Part shown: in pieces, positions 11,201 through 22,822 of the stretch | How positions within the stretch are numbered: position 1 is the stretch's first letter | Layout of the letters: each line of letters opens with the position of its first letter | Source of the DNA: Seison nebaliae | Lineage: Eukaryota | Direction: 5' to 3' | DNA: 45,325 bases | Assembly (NCBI GenBank): GCA_023231475.1 | Contig: JALJEE010000421.1 | Coordinates: forward strand, 1-45,325 | Program-made: the position numbers and the translations under genes | The notes under the pieces: model-generated | What the model was told of the DNA's origin: nothing | The model's database searches: none | Seen by the model: the letters and a program-made list of their open reading frames with translations, nothing else

Positions 11201-14200
11201 TGAAGTTTTCACATAATTATTCGATTTTATCGGATTGGATGAACTTCGTAAAGCATAATTTCTCGATTGAATCATCGATGACGTTATTGATGACGATGTT
11301 GTTGTTGTTGTCAAGTGTTCTGGTCGACCATTTAATAATTCGATGTTCATATAAAACGGATGAAAACGATCAGTAATTCGTTTCTTTAATAAATCATTCA
11401 ATCGATAATAAACATTAAAAAATGATGTATCAATTTTCCGTCCAACAATTTCATATAATTCTGAAATGAATAATGGCTTCGTATAAATCTCATAGAATTC
11501 TTGCAAATATTTACAATAATTCGTTTTCTTCACATATCGTAACATATATTCACGACGAGTCTTCTCTTTCATGGTGGAGGAGGAGGATGTCAACGACTCA
11601 ATAGGGAAATAATTCGTCTGAATCTTCTCCGTTGGTAGGGAGTCGGTTAATGATTGAATCTCTCCATTCAATTGACGTGATGACGTTTGTTGATTGACGG
11701 AAATGTGGAAATGAGGCAAATTATTTTCGGTGACTTTTGACGAATCAGCTGCATAAAAACCGAAAGAATCATTCAACATCAAATCTAAATCAGCGAGAAA
11801 TTCCGTGGGAGAATCATAATTTATTGGTTCGTTCATTGCAGTTAAGATTAATTGAATTATGTCTAATTCAAATTTATTGAAATCAGAAATAAATAATTCG
11901 ATGAATTTTTTTTGTTGATTAATAAAAGAAATTCTATGACGATCCACCGAATCATTTACAGTTCGTAAATTGTAAGTTGATGAACGTTGACCTGATTTAC
12001 CATCATCCAATGTATCACTTCGATTATAAGACGAATTAATTAAATCATCCAAAGGAATCTCGTTGGTAGATTGGATGAATTGTTGGAAGAAATCACTCAC
12101 TAATCGATCCTCTAATTCTTCTCCTTTGAAATGATCGTCATGTTTCCCCAACAATTTCATATGGAACACACGAAATTTGAGAGATAAGAAAAATATGGAG
12201 TAGAAATTATCATTCCGTTTACGACGATCATGAGAACCGGTAGTGAAGAAATCATTTAATAATTGTCGACTGATCATTTTTTCTATTTTAGTTCGTTTCT
12301 CATTTCCGTTTGTTACTTCGATTGTCAAAGAATGATTAGTATTATCATTTAAATCGAATGAATTACTATTATTATTCTCTAATATATTCTCGTCTTCGAA
12401 CGATATCGCTTCCACATTATTCATTTTATTCAATACACTAAGAGTCGCTGGTGAGAGTGTCAATGTTCGAATTATTGACGGTAAAGTGTTTGATGAATAG
12501 AAATAAAGTTGTGTTTGTTGTGGCCATGAATCATTAATTAAATAACTGGAAAGTATTGGAGGTACTGTCAATTCAGGTAGAATTCCAACATGAAACACTC
12601 GACACATCCATTCACCACGAAAGAAATACCAGACATTCGATATTCCATCTTTTCCACCTGAAGCGAACATTATCGATCGATTCGACACTCCACTAGTGAA
12701 TGAAATACAATCAACTTGACGATGTGATGCTAATAATTCGGCGATCTTATTTGGATGATCATCGAATAATGAATATAATCGAATGACACCATGAGAACTA
12801 CCAGTGGCAATGAGTAGACCACCAGGAGATATACCCAAACATAAAATACTATTAGCATTCACTGATCGTTCGATGAATTTAATTGGTTTTTGAGAGAACT
12901 CCATTTCCTTTATTTGATATTTCCAAAAACAAATCGTCGCTTCATATCCGGCTGATACGAGCCATCCGAATGAATTATTATATCTCGGAATAAATTCGAT
13001 TGCTGTAATGTCAACAGAATGTCCATGTAATTCTCCGATTGGTGCACCATCTGTCAATCGCCATAATCGAATGATTTTCGCTGCACAAGATGCCAAGATC
13101 GTATTGTCATGATTGATGCAGATGTCATTCATTTCCCGATTATGTCCTTTCAATGTACAAAGAAGAATTCCTGTATCCAATCGCCACACTTTCAACAATC
13201 CATCTTCAGCTCCAGTAATAGCAAATTGTCCCGTTCGATCAACTTTCACACAATAAGCGGCTGTTAAATGACCGGAAATATTTCTCTGAAAACGAATTCG
13301 TTGTAATAAATTCTGAAATTCTAAATTCCGTCGATATTGTCGATTTTCATGTGTTCGATAATATTTCTGCTTCATCGCATAAGTATTCAGGTTATATCGT
13401 TGGGCTCTTCCATTCCTCAAATTTGGAAGACTGGTAATACCTTTAATTTGTAAATCATATTCCAATTCCAATTCTTCTTTTACCTTTAAACGAAAGAAAT
13501 ATTTAGTTTTTCCAACAAATCTCTACCGCGTCATCTTAAGCTTAACTCTAATTTTGAATGGGCACAATTGTGTAAATTGTGTAGCTAAACGCAATTAAAT
13601 TTTTCGTGTTTCAACTAAAATAAAACTTAATTTAATGGAAAAATTACAGAAAATAAACGAATTTTAACACCTATTCTATTTTGTGAAGGAAAAAACGTAA
13701 AAAACAAAAAATTGTGAAACATTGTGGAAAATCGATAATTGATCATTTTAATCAATGCAACCAATTTTTATCGATCAATCGATGATAATACGATAATTTA
13801 ATTCACATCCAAATATTCAAAATTCCTTGATAGAATTAAAAAAGATTTTGTGTTTTTACAATTTAAATTTTTTCATTTTTTTTCAATTCGCGAAACTCGC
13901 TAATGAGCTTGATAGATCAGGAAAAAACTTTAAATTCAACAACTAACTTCGTTCGGCAGAGTTTCTTTTAGGACCTATAAATTTATGAAAAAAATCGATA
14001 AATTATCAATTCAGTTGATGAAATACATCAATAGAGACAATTATTAACTTTAGTAGTTGAGGAGAATCCATTGGAATCGAGATAAGAAAGAATTTCTCGG
14101 ACTTTATCTGATTTGTTTGATTGTTGAAGAAATTTCCAATTATGATGTTAATACACAACAAAAGAAAGGAGAGAGAGAAAAGTTTTATATAAATTTACCC

Positions 14201-14335
14201 ATTTAAAATTCATGATCATTAACCTACTTCAATTGAATGTGATGTTGTCAGCATTATCGGGTTACAGAAACTGGATTCAGTTAAACAACTTCTCATTCCA
14301 TCTTCCTTAATGGGATGTCTAATTTTATTATACAT
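5251..14335 (-). CDS. BRWD3: Bromodomain and WD repeat-containing protein (BRWD1/BRWD3/PHIP family), about 2744 aa, 7 exons: 14335-14224, 14107-14049, 13974-13948, 13483-6150, 6088-5815, 5739-5392, 5331-5251
   Basis: WD40 repeats (GHLTAAYCVKVDRTG, GHSTDVFVIEPHPF, SGGHDGRICLWDL), the family motif QQYFHTDYTP, YIPQTGDLVYY, a Tudor-like FRSLIDNKWYFG, and two bromodomains (FSTPVDFEDFPSY..YPIDL; FWEEVDFEAFPDY..NPM). Three upstream exons missed by the ORF track splice in frame and encode a LisH-like motif (EILSYLDSNGFSSTTKVLKE). Confidence 0.93.
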
Positions 14336-15135
14336 TTTCCCCCCTATATTCGAATTATGTACTGCAATATATATGTGTATATATATATATTATATACATG
14401 CTATACGGAGCACTTGACTAGTTCATACAGAAAATTCTTGTTCATTTTAGAGAAGAATTGTGAAAAATTCACATTTTTCAATTTCCTAACATTTTAAGTT
14501 AATTTGGTTTGGTAATCTTTTAAATTTTCGGCTGACACTTTATTTTCATCTAACAATAACATTATAAAACCGACGAAATATCAAACAATTTTGATTTTCA
14601 TAACAAATTCATTCTGATATTCTTTGAAAACCATAAAAGAACAATTAATTTTAATCTTTAAAATGAAAGATAACTATAATTATTAGGAAGATGAGAGAAC
14701 TTGAACGCATAAATGGTTGAAGGGTAAAAGTTTGTTTGAACGCCACAGAAACAATAGTCACTTCGCAAGTAATTCATAAAATTAAAAAGTCGTACATTTG
14801 TTTACATGTTGCAATAAATTCCATTCAAATCCGGTTGCCAAAAGATGCTCAGAAAAATTTGCCACGGTAAAATCTTTCTTTACTTTCAATTTGAATAAGT
14901 GTTGAAGAAATTTTTTTAATTTAAATTGAAATTAGTTTTTCATCAGAGAAACCTTTCGAATAATGGTACCGTTGTTAATATTATGGGTTTCTACATTGTT
15001 CTTGTTCACAAAATTTTCAATAATTCGATAATGTTAAGCCAACTAATTGAAATTGATTAGAATTAACATATTTTAATCGTGATTGATTTAATTTTAATCG
15101 ACATAATTTGGTGATGGATCTGAAACTCATCCGCC

Positions 15136-15149
15136 GTTACCATAGTGAT
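15136..15149 (-). promoter_or_regulatory. RFX X-box upstream of CFAP276
   Basis: Reverse complement ATCACTATGGTAAC fits the X-box consensus RTHNYY-WT-RRNRAC and starts 42 bp before the ATG of a ciliary gene. Confidence 0.6.
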
Positions 15150-15177
15150 TAAACAGGAAACTAATTATAAACAAACA

Positions 15178-16169
15178 ATGAACAGTGAAAGACATCCATA
15201 TCCTTATCCAACCGTTGAGAATGATGGCACATTAAGAAAAGATGCTCCAATAATTTCCAAAGTTTTTTTTTGGAACATTTAGTTAAATATTCTCTTTTAA
15301 ATGAAGACAACTGCACCGAAAACAACTCCAAGTCATTTCGATCGGTTACACAACTCAACAACTTTGAGCAGTTTGAGACATCAAATTTATTATGATGATC
15401 CCGAAGCACCCCAAGATTCTTTGGATATTAATTTGAAAGCCAAATATGATCAACATTCCGACACGTTCTCTAGTAATACACGAACACGTCTCCAACCTGA
15501 AACGTTGGGAGATTCAGAGTTATACTTTTATCAACTCATTAAACAATAGTCATAATTGTTTAGGAGGAAGTTGAATGGAAAAGAAAAAAAGACGAAGAAT
15601 TCTCTGAAGGATAATAAAGTAACAACAACAATTGGGAAGATGGAACATATTAATCAAACCAAATTAGCTATTAGTTTGTATAGATTATCTCATAATTCTA
15701 ATTATCGTAAACATGACGAACGTTAAGATGGGATGTAGAAGGAACTTCAGTTTTTAGTCAATTATTTCCTTAATCACAGTTTCGTTAAGGAAATTGTTTG
15801 TAGTCAACTAACCATATCTTCAGAAATAAGTTAGTTGAGAAATACTGGAATTCATTGAAAGATTTATAAACAATTCAATTTTTACAGATTTAATTTACAA
15901 TAGAGAATTGAGAAGGTCTTGAATTGAAATTAGAATATAGAGATCATTCCAATAGAAATCCAATAATAATAAGATTGAGATTTAAAGAACTAAACTGATT
16001 TATAATAAGAAATTAGAAAACTTAATTTGATCAGTCATTTTTCATTAATTGGAATCATTAATCTTTTTATAATTATTTTCCTGATTCACTTTTTGTAGGT
16101 GGACATCATACGATGATGACGAACAGGGGATATTCGCGAAAACCAGATGGCGGATTTTTTGTTATCTAA
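15178..16169 (+). CDS. CFAP276: Cilia- and flagella-associated protein 276 (C1orf194/DUF3695), 158 aa, 4 exons: 15178-15261, 15307-15518, 15564-15673, 16099-16169
   Basis: The spliced translation contains RHPYPYPTVEND, FDRLHNSTTLSSLR, YYDDPEAPQDSLDINLKAKYDQH and the family C-terminal motif HTMMTNRGYSRKPDGGFF. All junctions are GT-AG and in frame. Confidence 0.88.
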
Positions 16170-16330
16170 TTTTAATAAAATATTTCTTATTTTGTATTAA
16201 ACGATTTATTTTTTTGGTATATCAAATAAATCTGTTTCTCTAATAAACTGAATTCCTCCATTTTTTTTTACTAATCATTCAATCTCCTTCTATCAAAGAT
16301 ATTTTCAAAAATATTTTTATTCTGTCCAAT

Positions 16331-17015
16331 TCATCGGCGGCAGCGTTTGGAAACTACTCCAAATATCATCAAATTTATTAGAAGAGAAAGTTATAATTTG
16401 AATAATTGTTTCTCCCTTTCATTTCTATCTAACCGTTTTTCTTGTTGGGAATTGACAGACGTTTCATCTTCAAATTGAGAAGATTGAGAAAGAAAAATTA
16501 GAGGGGAGGATAAGAATGTAATTGATATTAGAAGCATGACCCAATTATTATTATTTTCTTCTTCTTCTTCTTCTTCTTCTTCAACATCAACAACTTTATA
16601 AGAATTGAAATTATTATAATCGTCATCATCAATATTATCAGCTGTATCTTATTATAATTAAATTTTCGGGAATTTTCTTTTCCTTCTGTTTACTTCACAG
16701 GGGGACGGTCCCCAAACGGATCCATATTCATATGCTTCTTTTCGAGATTGTTTAAGATAGAATGAATAAGTTCATCTAAACGATTAATATACAACACAAC
16801 AGATTGCGTCAATATCCCATTCTGTTTGTTTTCATTCCGTCTATAATAGAAGAAAAAGAGAATTGTTTCAATCACATAATCAACCTAAAACATTTAGATT
16901 GAAGTCTAATATAAAAGGGATGTGTAGTTTCGGATGGAGGAATGGAATTTGCTTTCCACTCCAAAAAAAATGTGAACGGATTTCTCTCGTTGTCAAATGT
17001 CACCGGATTATCCAT
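16331..17015 (-). CDS. Hypothetical small multi-exon protein with acidic tract and basic tail (3' exons uncertain)
   Basis: Exon 17015-16885 splices through a 44-nt GTT-AG intron (16884-16841) into the ORF 16690-16875 frame. A downstream frame encodes DNIDDDDY..EEEEEE and probably continues to SKRCRR*. No homology recognised. Confidence 0.45.
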
Positions 17016-17242
17016 TTTATGATAGATATAATTTGATACTTGACATTGATTCTTCTTTTTTTATCAGAAATTACTAATAGTATTATCATTCCTTTTTTTT
17101 ATTGCTATTCTAATTCAGTCTCTTATTCTATTAGATTTCAGTCTCACATTCCTCCATTATTCGAAAATAATTTAAAGAATCTAATTCTTTCTTCAAACAG
17201 AATTTCTCCTTATCCGAAATTCTTCCCATATCTATATCAGAT

Positions 17243-20200
17243 ATGATAAAGAATAACTATTATTCATTCTTTTTCATTCTTCCAATAATTCTTTCCGTTG
17301 AAATCGAAGAAAGAAATTATGTAACAGTTTCCAATTGGAAGGAACCGGCCTCGTTAAGACAAAGACAATCAATTATCGCTTCGTTTTCAAATGAAACTGA
17401 TTTGAAGGAACTTTCAAAGGACAAAAGAAATGTTCCATATGATAGATTGATGGAACGTGAGAATGGACATGTGAAAAAACAAGGTACTACTATCGGTGAT
17501 GATGTCGAAATTAATCAAACGAATCTCTTAAAAAAATTACATGAAATGCAAAGAAATCATGACCATCAAAAAGATGGACGAGATAGATTACAATTATTAT
17601 TGAACAATTTGAATGATCCCAATTTCCGGTCAACATTGAAACATTTACAATCGATTGAAACAGACGAGACTGATATGCCAATAATGACCAGTTTGAAAAC
17701 TGCAATTAATCTTAACACATTATCGAAAGAGCAACAAAAAATTATTACAGAATCACCACAAACAATAATGAATAAGAATTTATTTAATACTTTCCAAAAT
17801 TATCAATCGACTTTTAAAATTAAAAAATTTCCATCTACCACCTTATCCTCCAAAAACCAAACGAACAAGATAACAACAACACAAATATCGACAACGAAAA
17901 TTACATTAATTCCAACAATATCCAAAAAAACAACAACATCTATTGGAACATCAACATCGTTGAATAGGAAGATCTCGCCGAAATTCAATCCATTTCATCA
18001 TACGACAACAGAAAAGGAACGAATTGAATTGGAGAGTAGCGAGAAGAAGAAATTGTTCTTATCGAAACTACATTGGAATCGTAACATTCCGACGACCAAT
18101 TCACCGAAATTGAAGAAAAAACAAATGAAATTATCGTCGAATGATTTATTTCAGAAAAATTCAAATTATTTCGATTTAATTCCACAGAATCTTTTCGATT
18201 CCGATACGATTTACAATCTTCTTGATGATTATACAAATATAGTGACACAGTCGACTGATAAAGATTATCAGTATCCGAATAATCAGAATTATTATTCACA
18301 ATATGATACAAAGCAACGAATCTCTCCGTACGAAATGAGAAAAGAGAAACCTGAAGAGATTATTCCTGCAAAATTATCGAAAAATCATTTAAGTGAATTG
18401 GTGAAGAAGAATGTGAAAGAAATGTTTGATACGTTTTTGACTAAAATGGAGAAGTCCATTCAAAAACCGTTAAGTACGACAGTTACATCTTCCAATGCAC
18501 CTGTCAATCAATATGTTATCATGAATCCCATGCACACATTACCAGAAACGACGTTGAAGAATTTGCTAGAAGAAAAATCGGGTAATATTCTCGAATTCCT
18601 CAATAGTAATCCAAAAGTAGCGAAGAAGTTTATGGATTTATTTGAAAGTTCTTCAGATTCCATAATTCTGAAGAAAATGGTAGGAAAAGCGATTGCATTA
18701 GCTGCCGCTGATAAGAAGAATGTGACGACTGAAAATCCGTTAAATGATCAATGGAAATTATTTGATAATTTATTTCAATCGAATAACGCTTTCTTCCTAA
18801 CAACAACAACAATTCCACGAGAGAAATACAATCACATTACTAGTCGTACAGGAAAAATGAATCATAAGAGAGAAGAGTCGAATAATGAACAATCGATAAT
18901 GAATATGTTATATCCGCAATTATTGAGAGAAAAAGCGAAGACGAATGATGATAATGGTGAGAGTATCATGGAGAATTTGTTTGGAGTGAAAAATCGGATT
19001 AATCATAGAAATAATGATTATCGATTAGCTTTACAATCCGTTCTTTCATCCATCAATAAGGAACGATCGGATAATTCGGAAAGAATTGCAACCACTACAA
19101 CCATAACTACTACCACCGTAATAACAACAACAACTACCACCACCACCCAATCGACTACCACAACGAAATTATTAAAGAAATTCAATAAGTATCAGATAAA
19201 TCGAATTAAAGACAAAAGTGTCAATGAATTATTGAAAGAGAATCCTCAACTAGCACATTTGTTATTTGATCCGGGTAAGAAATATTCGATTCAAACTACA
19301 AATGAACCGGAGAAAAAGCGGAAAAGTAGTCGACGAAATGTGGAACATCTTAGAATTACTACAAAAGAGACAACTACCGATTCGGAGTTGATGCCACTTC
19401 CTTCTCAAATCATTGAGGGATGTGTATTGGAACATAATCCTCAAGCTTTATTAGATTGTATTCATGTTATACACATTTTCCATAAAAATTCACATAACAT
19501 TAAATTTCTCATTTGAATTTCAGGTAGATGTTGGTGCCATAGTAGCCGCATCACAAGGAGAGACGGCTTTAGTATGTGAAATGGCTTCCAGATATATGAG
19601 TTGTGCTAAAGAGAAAACGAAGAATTGTATCGGAGGTGAATTTGCCAATGGGGCAATGACGGAACTTCAAGGACTGTTACGTGAATGTTGTATGTTTGGA
19701 GAGCCAACCGAACATTGTCCAATCACTAGTTCACATTAATAAGTTTTGTTAAAAGATTATAATGTTTCTGATAGGCCCCCCAAGATGTTTCCCGTTAGAT
19801 AGTCAAGTTGAATTATTGAATGGAACCTCAATGAAAATTGGTGAAGTTGAACGAGGCACTGAATTGTATTCGGCTAATTTTAAAAATGAGAGTATTGTTC
19901 CCGATGAAGTTATCGGATATCTCGACAAACAATCTGAAGGAAAAAGTTTCGATAATATTCATTTCATATTCTCTCAAACATTCTCTTCATAAAGCAATTT
20001 TCCTTTATATCGATTTCGGAAAGAATGGTCGTCTAACCATTTCACCGTTCCATCTAATTCCACGACGTAACGACGGTTACGTTTATGCACATCGATTGAA
20101 AGTGGATGATGAGATTCTCGTGAAAAACAAAAATGAATTAAATTGGGAAAAGGTGAAGAATGTGTCTGTAGCATTAGACATCTTAATTGGAATTAAACCG

Positions 20201-20512
20201 ACAATTTCAGGATGGATTGCTCCGCTGACGAAATCAGGAACTCTAATTGTCGATAATGTCATTGTTTCATGTTATGCACATCTTAATTCTCATTCATTTG
20301 CTCATTGGGCTATGAGTCCGATGAGACAATATGGAATAATCTCAAAACTATTCGATAAGTGGACGAAACCGTTATCAAATTTCACAGGAATTTTTCGTCA
20401 AATTCCCCAACAATCCTTTGAAAATTCAATTTCTGAGCAATCAGTTAAAACCTCCACCATTCCTTGGTATCCGAAAATGTTAATGAAATTATTTGGCTGG
20501 CTCTTAAACTAA
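17243..20512 (+). CDS. Hedgehog-related Hog-domain protein (signal peptide, Thr/Ser/Asn-rich region, 8-Cys domain, Hint + SRR), 1038 aa, 4 exons: 17243-19465, 19524-19728, 19775-19945, 19995-20512
   Basis: The Hint domain begins CFPLDSQV (codon at 19786) and contains YLDK, LTISPFHLI, GWIAPLTKSGTLIVDNVIVSCYA, SHSFAHWAMSPMR and the SRR-like IPWYPKML. Signal peptide FFFILPIILS. No Hedge domain is present. Confidence 0.9.
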
Positions 20513-21646
20513 TCGATAATCGATTGACATCAATTGTAAAATTAAAATCGTAAATAAATTTTTTTTCTGTTTCCTTAAATTTCATTTCTATTATTTCATA
20601 TTTTCTTTTAATTCGATTAAATAAAGTAATGAGAATTAATTGAATAAATAAAAATTTCCATATTTTAATTAAAAAATAATACAACTTGAGAAGATTATGA
20701 CAAGTGACATAGTGCGATAAGAGAATCGTATTGAAATATATAAAAAACGAATAATAATAATTTCATGAATATCGTGAATGGAATAAAGGAAATGGAATTT
20801 ATTGTGGAAAACAAATCTTTTTTTTAAAGATAAATTTATCTCAGATATTCCCATTCCATATTGATAACTCTTTGGTGTGATATTAGAATTAAATCTCTAA
20901 ATTTTCCATCCACTTTTTTTCGTAGAAATTTCGAAGAATGGATAGAAAATAAGGATGAAATGAAAGAAATTTTTGAGTTTTGTTAGTTGTTCTTATTATT
21001 ATTGAAAATAGAAGAATGGAAGCTAATAAAGATGATGAAAAGAAGAAAAATATCTATGAACACGGAAGATGCAATAATAATAATAATAATAATAAGTAAT
21101 GAAAGAATAATAATAATTGTCGAATTATTATTAGACATTCATCGACCAAATGAAAATAAAACAAAAGATGACGAATTTCGACTTTGTCGAATAATTATTA
21201 TTGTTCGTTAGATGAGAAGGTACATTTGTTGTTGGTCTTGTTGTTTGTATAGAAGCATTGGATGAATTCAATATAAAATACCATTGTCTATGATGGGTAA
21301 TTGGATGTAATAAATGGTCTTTTTGAATGTTCAATTTGCTTTTTCTTTGAAACATTTCTTCGGAAATGTATAAAATAATCTGATCAAATAATTAGAAGTT
21401 ATGTACAATATATGTGGAAAATTGATTGGATTGTTGGGGGGGTTGGTGGTAGTAGTTATTGAGAGTATAAAATAAATAGATTGGGAGAGGTATAATCATT
21501 TTCTTGTGAACTCGTCAACAAACATCTTCATCCTTCTTTCAACTTTCATTCCATTTGTTTCATCTTTTAATCTCCACACCATTTACCAACCTACAGAATT
21601 ATCAAAAGAATTGACGAAGATGATTTTGTTGAAGAATTGATTATTC

Positions 21647-22822
21647 TCAACTGACATGTGATCGATTCATTATCATACTCCTCTTCATGAGGAAGAATAT
21701 TATCGCACAAATAAAACAGACGAACGATGCTAAATAGACACCTGAAAATTCGGAATATTTAATTAACAAACAATTCAAATGAGATATCTAACCAGACCAA
21801 ATGAAATATAGACTCTGTTCCTTTTCAACGAATTGATAAGTTCCAATCTATTTGAAAAGAATTATAATCTTATTCGGATGAAAATGACAAACAGTTAATC
21901 CGATTCCTATCAGGAGTAATATCACACTAAATATGAGGAATATCAATGCTTTCTTCTTCGTATTATGTTCACTTAGAATCGATCTAGAAAATAACATGAA
22001 AATCTTCAAGAATCATCAATATTAATTCTAACACTTTCTTACATTTCGGACAACAGATTTTCGTGGATGTAGGTAACTAAAATTCAAAAGGAAATTTTTC
22101 ATTATAAAAAATCGAAATTATGAAAAATGGTCCAACCGTCACCAAAACATGACAATGATAACAGAGAACTGTATGGTAACTTTGTTGGACGCCTTTGGTT
22201 TCTGGTGAACTGACTTCATTAATTCGTCGACTTAATTGAGTGGGGAATAATTGATAAGAATAATTCGATTAGAGAATGGGAAAAAGAATGAAACCAATTC
22301 TGTCGTGGACATTGAACTTTCTTCGATGTATTCCGACAAATCAAAAGACAATTACATTTACATCTTGCATATTTCTTTCCAGGTGGAGCGTCACGTATTG
22401 GCTGAATTGGAATTTGAAATAATTTGAAGAAAAAAGAGAAATAATAACTGTCGCTTCTTTACATTTCTCACAACGGATGACATATCCATTGTCATCATAT
22501 CCGATGTTGATATGTTGTCCACATATCCGACATACAATTATTTGTTTATAATTTAATTTTTCATTGGATTTTAGACTTTGATCTTCAATATCAACTGATG
22601 GACGAATAATATTAACGTTCAATTGCGAATCGAATATCTCGCCAGCTAAAATGGTATTTAAATATGATAATTTGATAATAAATCTAATTGCTAACCGGAC
22701 AATAACGGATTATTATCACTACCACGTCTCTTATTCCCGTTGAAGTTAGTAGAAGCGGATGATGAAGATCCGGTGGATGATGAACGTAGATGTTCCGATG
22801 TATCCTCGTAATGCATCGTCAT
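21647..22822 (-). CDS. PIP4P2: TMEM55 / PI(4,5)P2 4-phosphatase family protein, 269 aa, 8 exons: 22822-22696, 22645-22449, 22401-22295, 22230-22137, 22076-22033, 21983-21893, 21847-21793, 21741-21647
   Basis: The spliced product contains [55 protein letters not shown] and two C-terminal TM helices. Exons total 810 nt and stay in frame. Confidence 0.9.

Noticed and set aside
13484..13534. ATGACGCG|GTAGAG as a first exon of BRWD with a GTA donor
   Set aside because: The phase does not match the acceptor at 13484 (immediate stop). The upstream LisH-like exons fit in frame instead.
15511..15549. DSELYF at the end of ORF 15301-15549 resembles the PHIP N-terminal SELYFLI motif
   Set aside because: It is on the wrong strand for BRWD and arises from read-through into CFAP276 intron 2 (donor 15519).
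20168..20210. Apparent 43-nt GTAGCA...TTTCAG intron in the Hint domain
   Set aside because: Removing it shifts the frame and destroys GWIAPLT, whereas read-through preserves the domain.
19786..20512. Calling the Hint gene hedgehog or an intein
   Set aside because: There is no Hedge signalling domain (no CGPGR start) and no intein C-terminal HN-C/S/T. The SRR marks it as a Hog-type hh-related gene.
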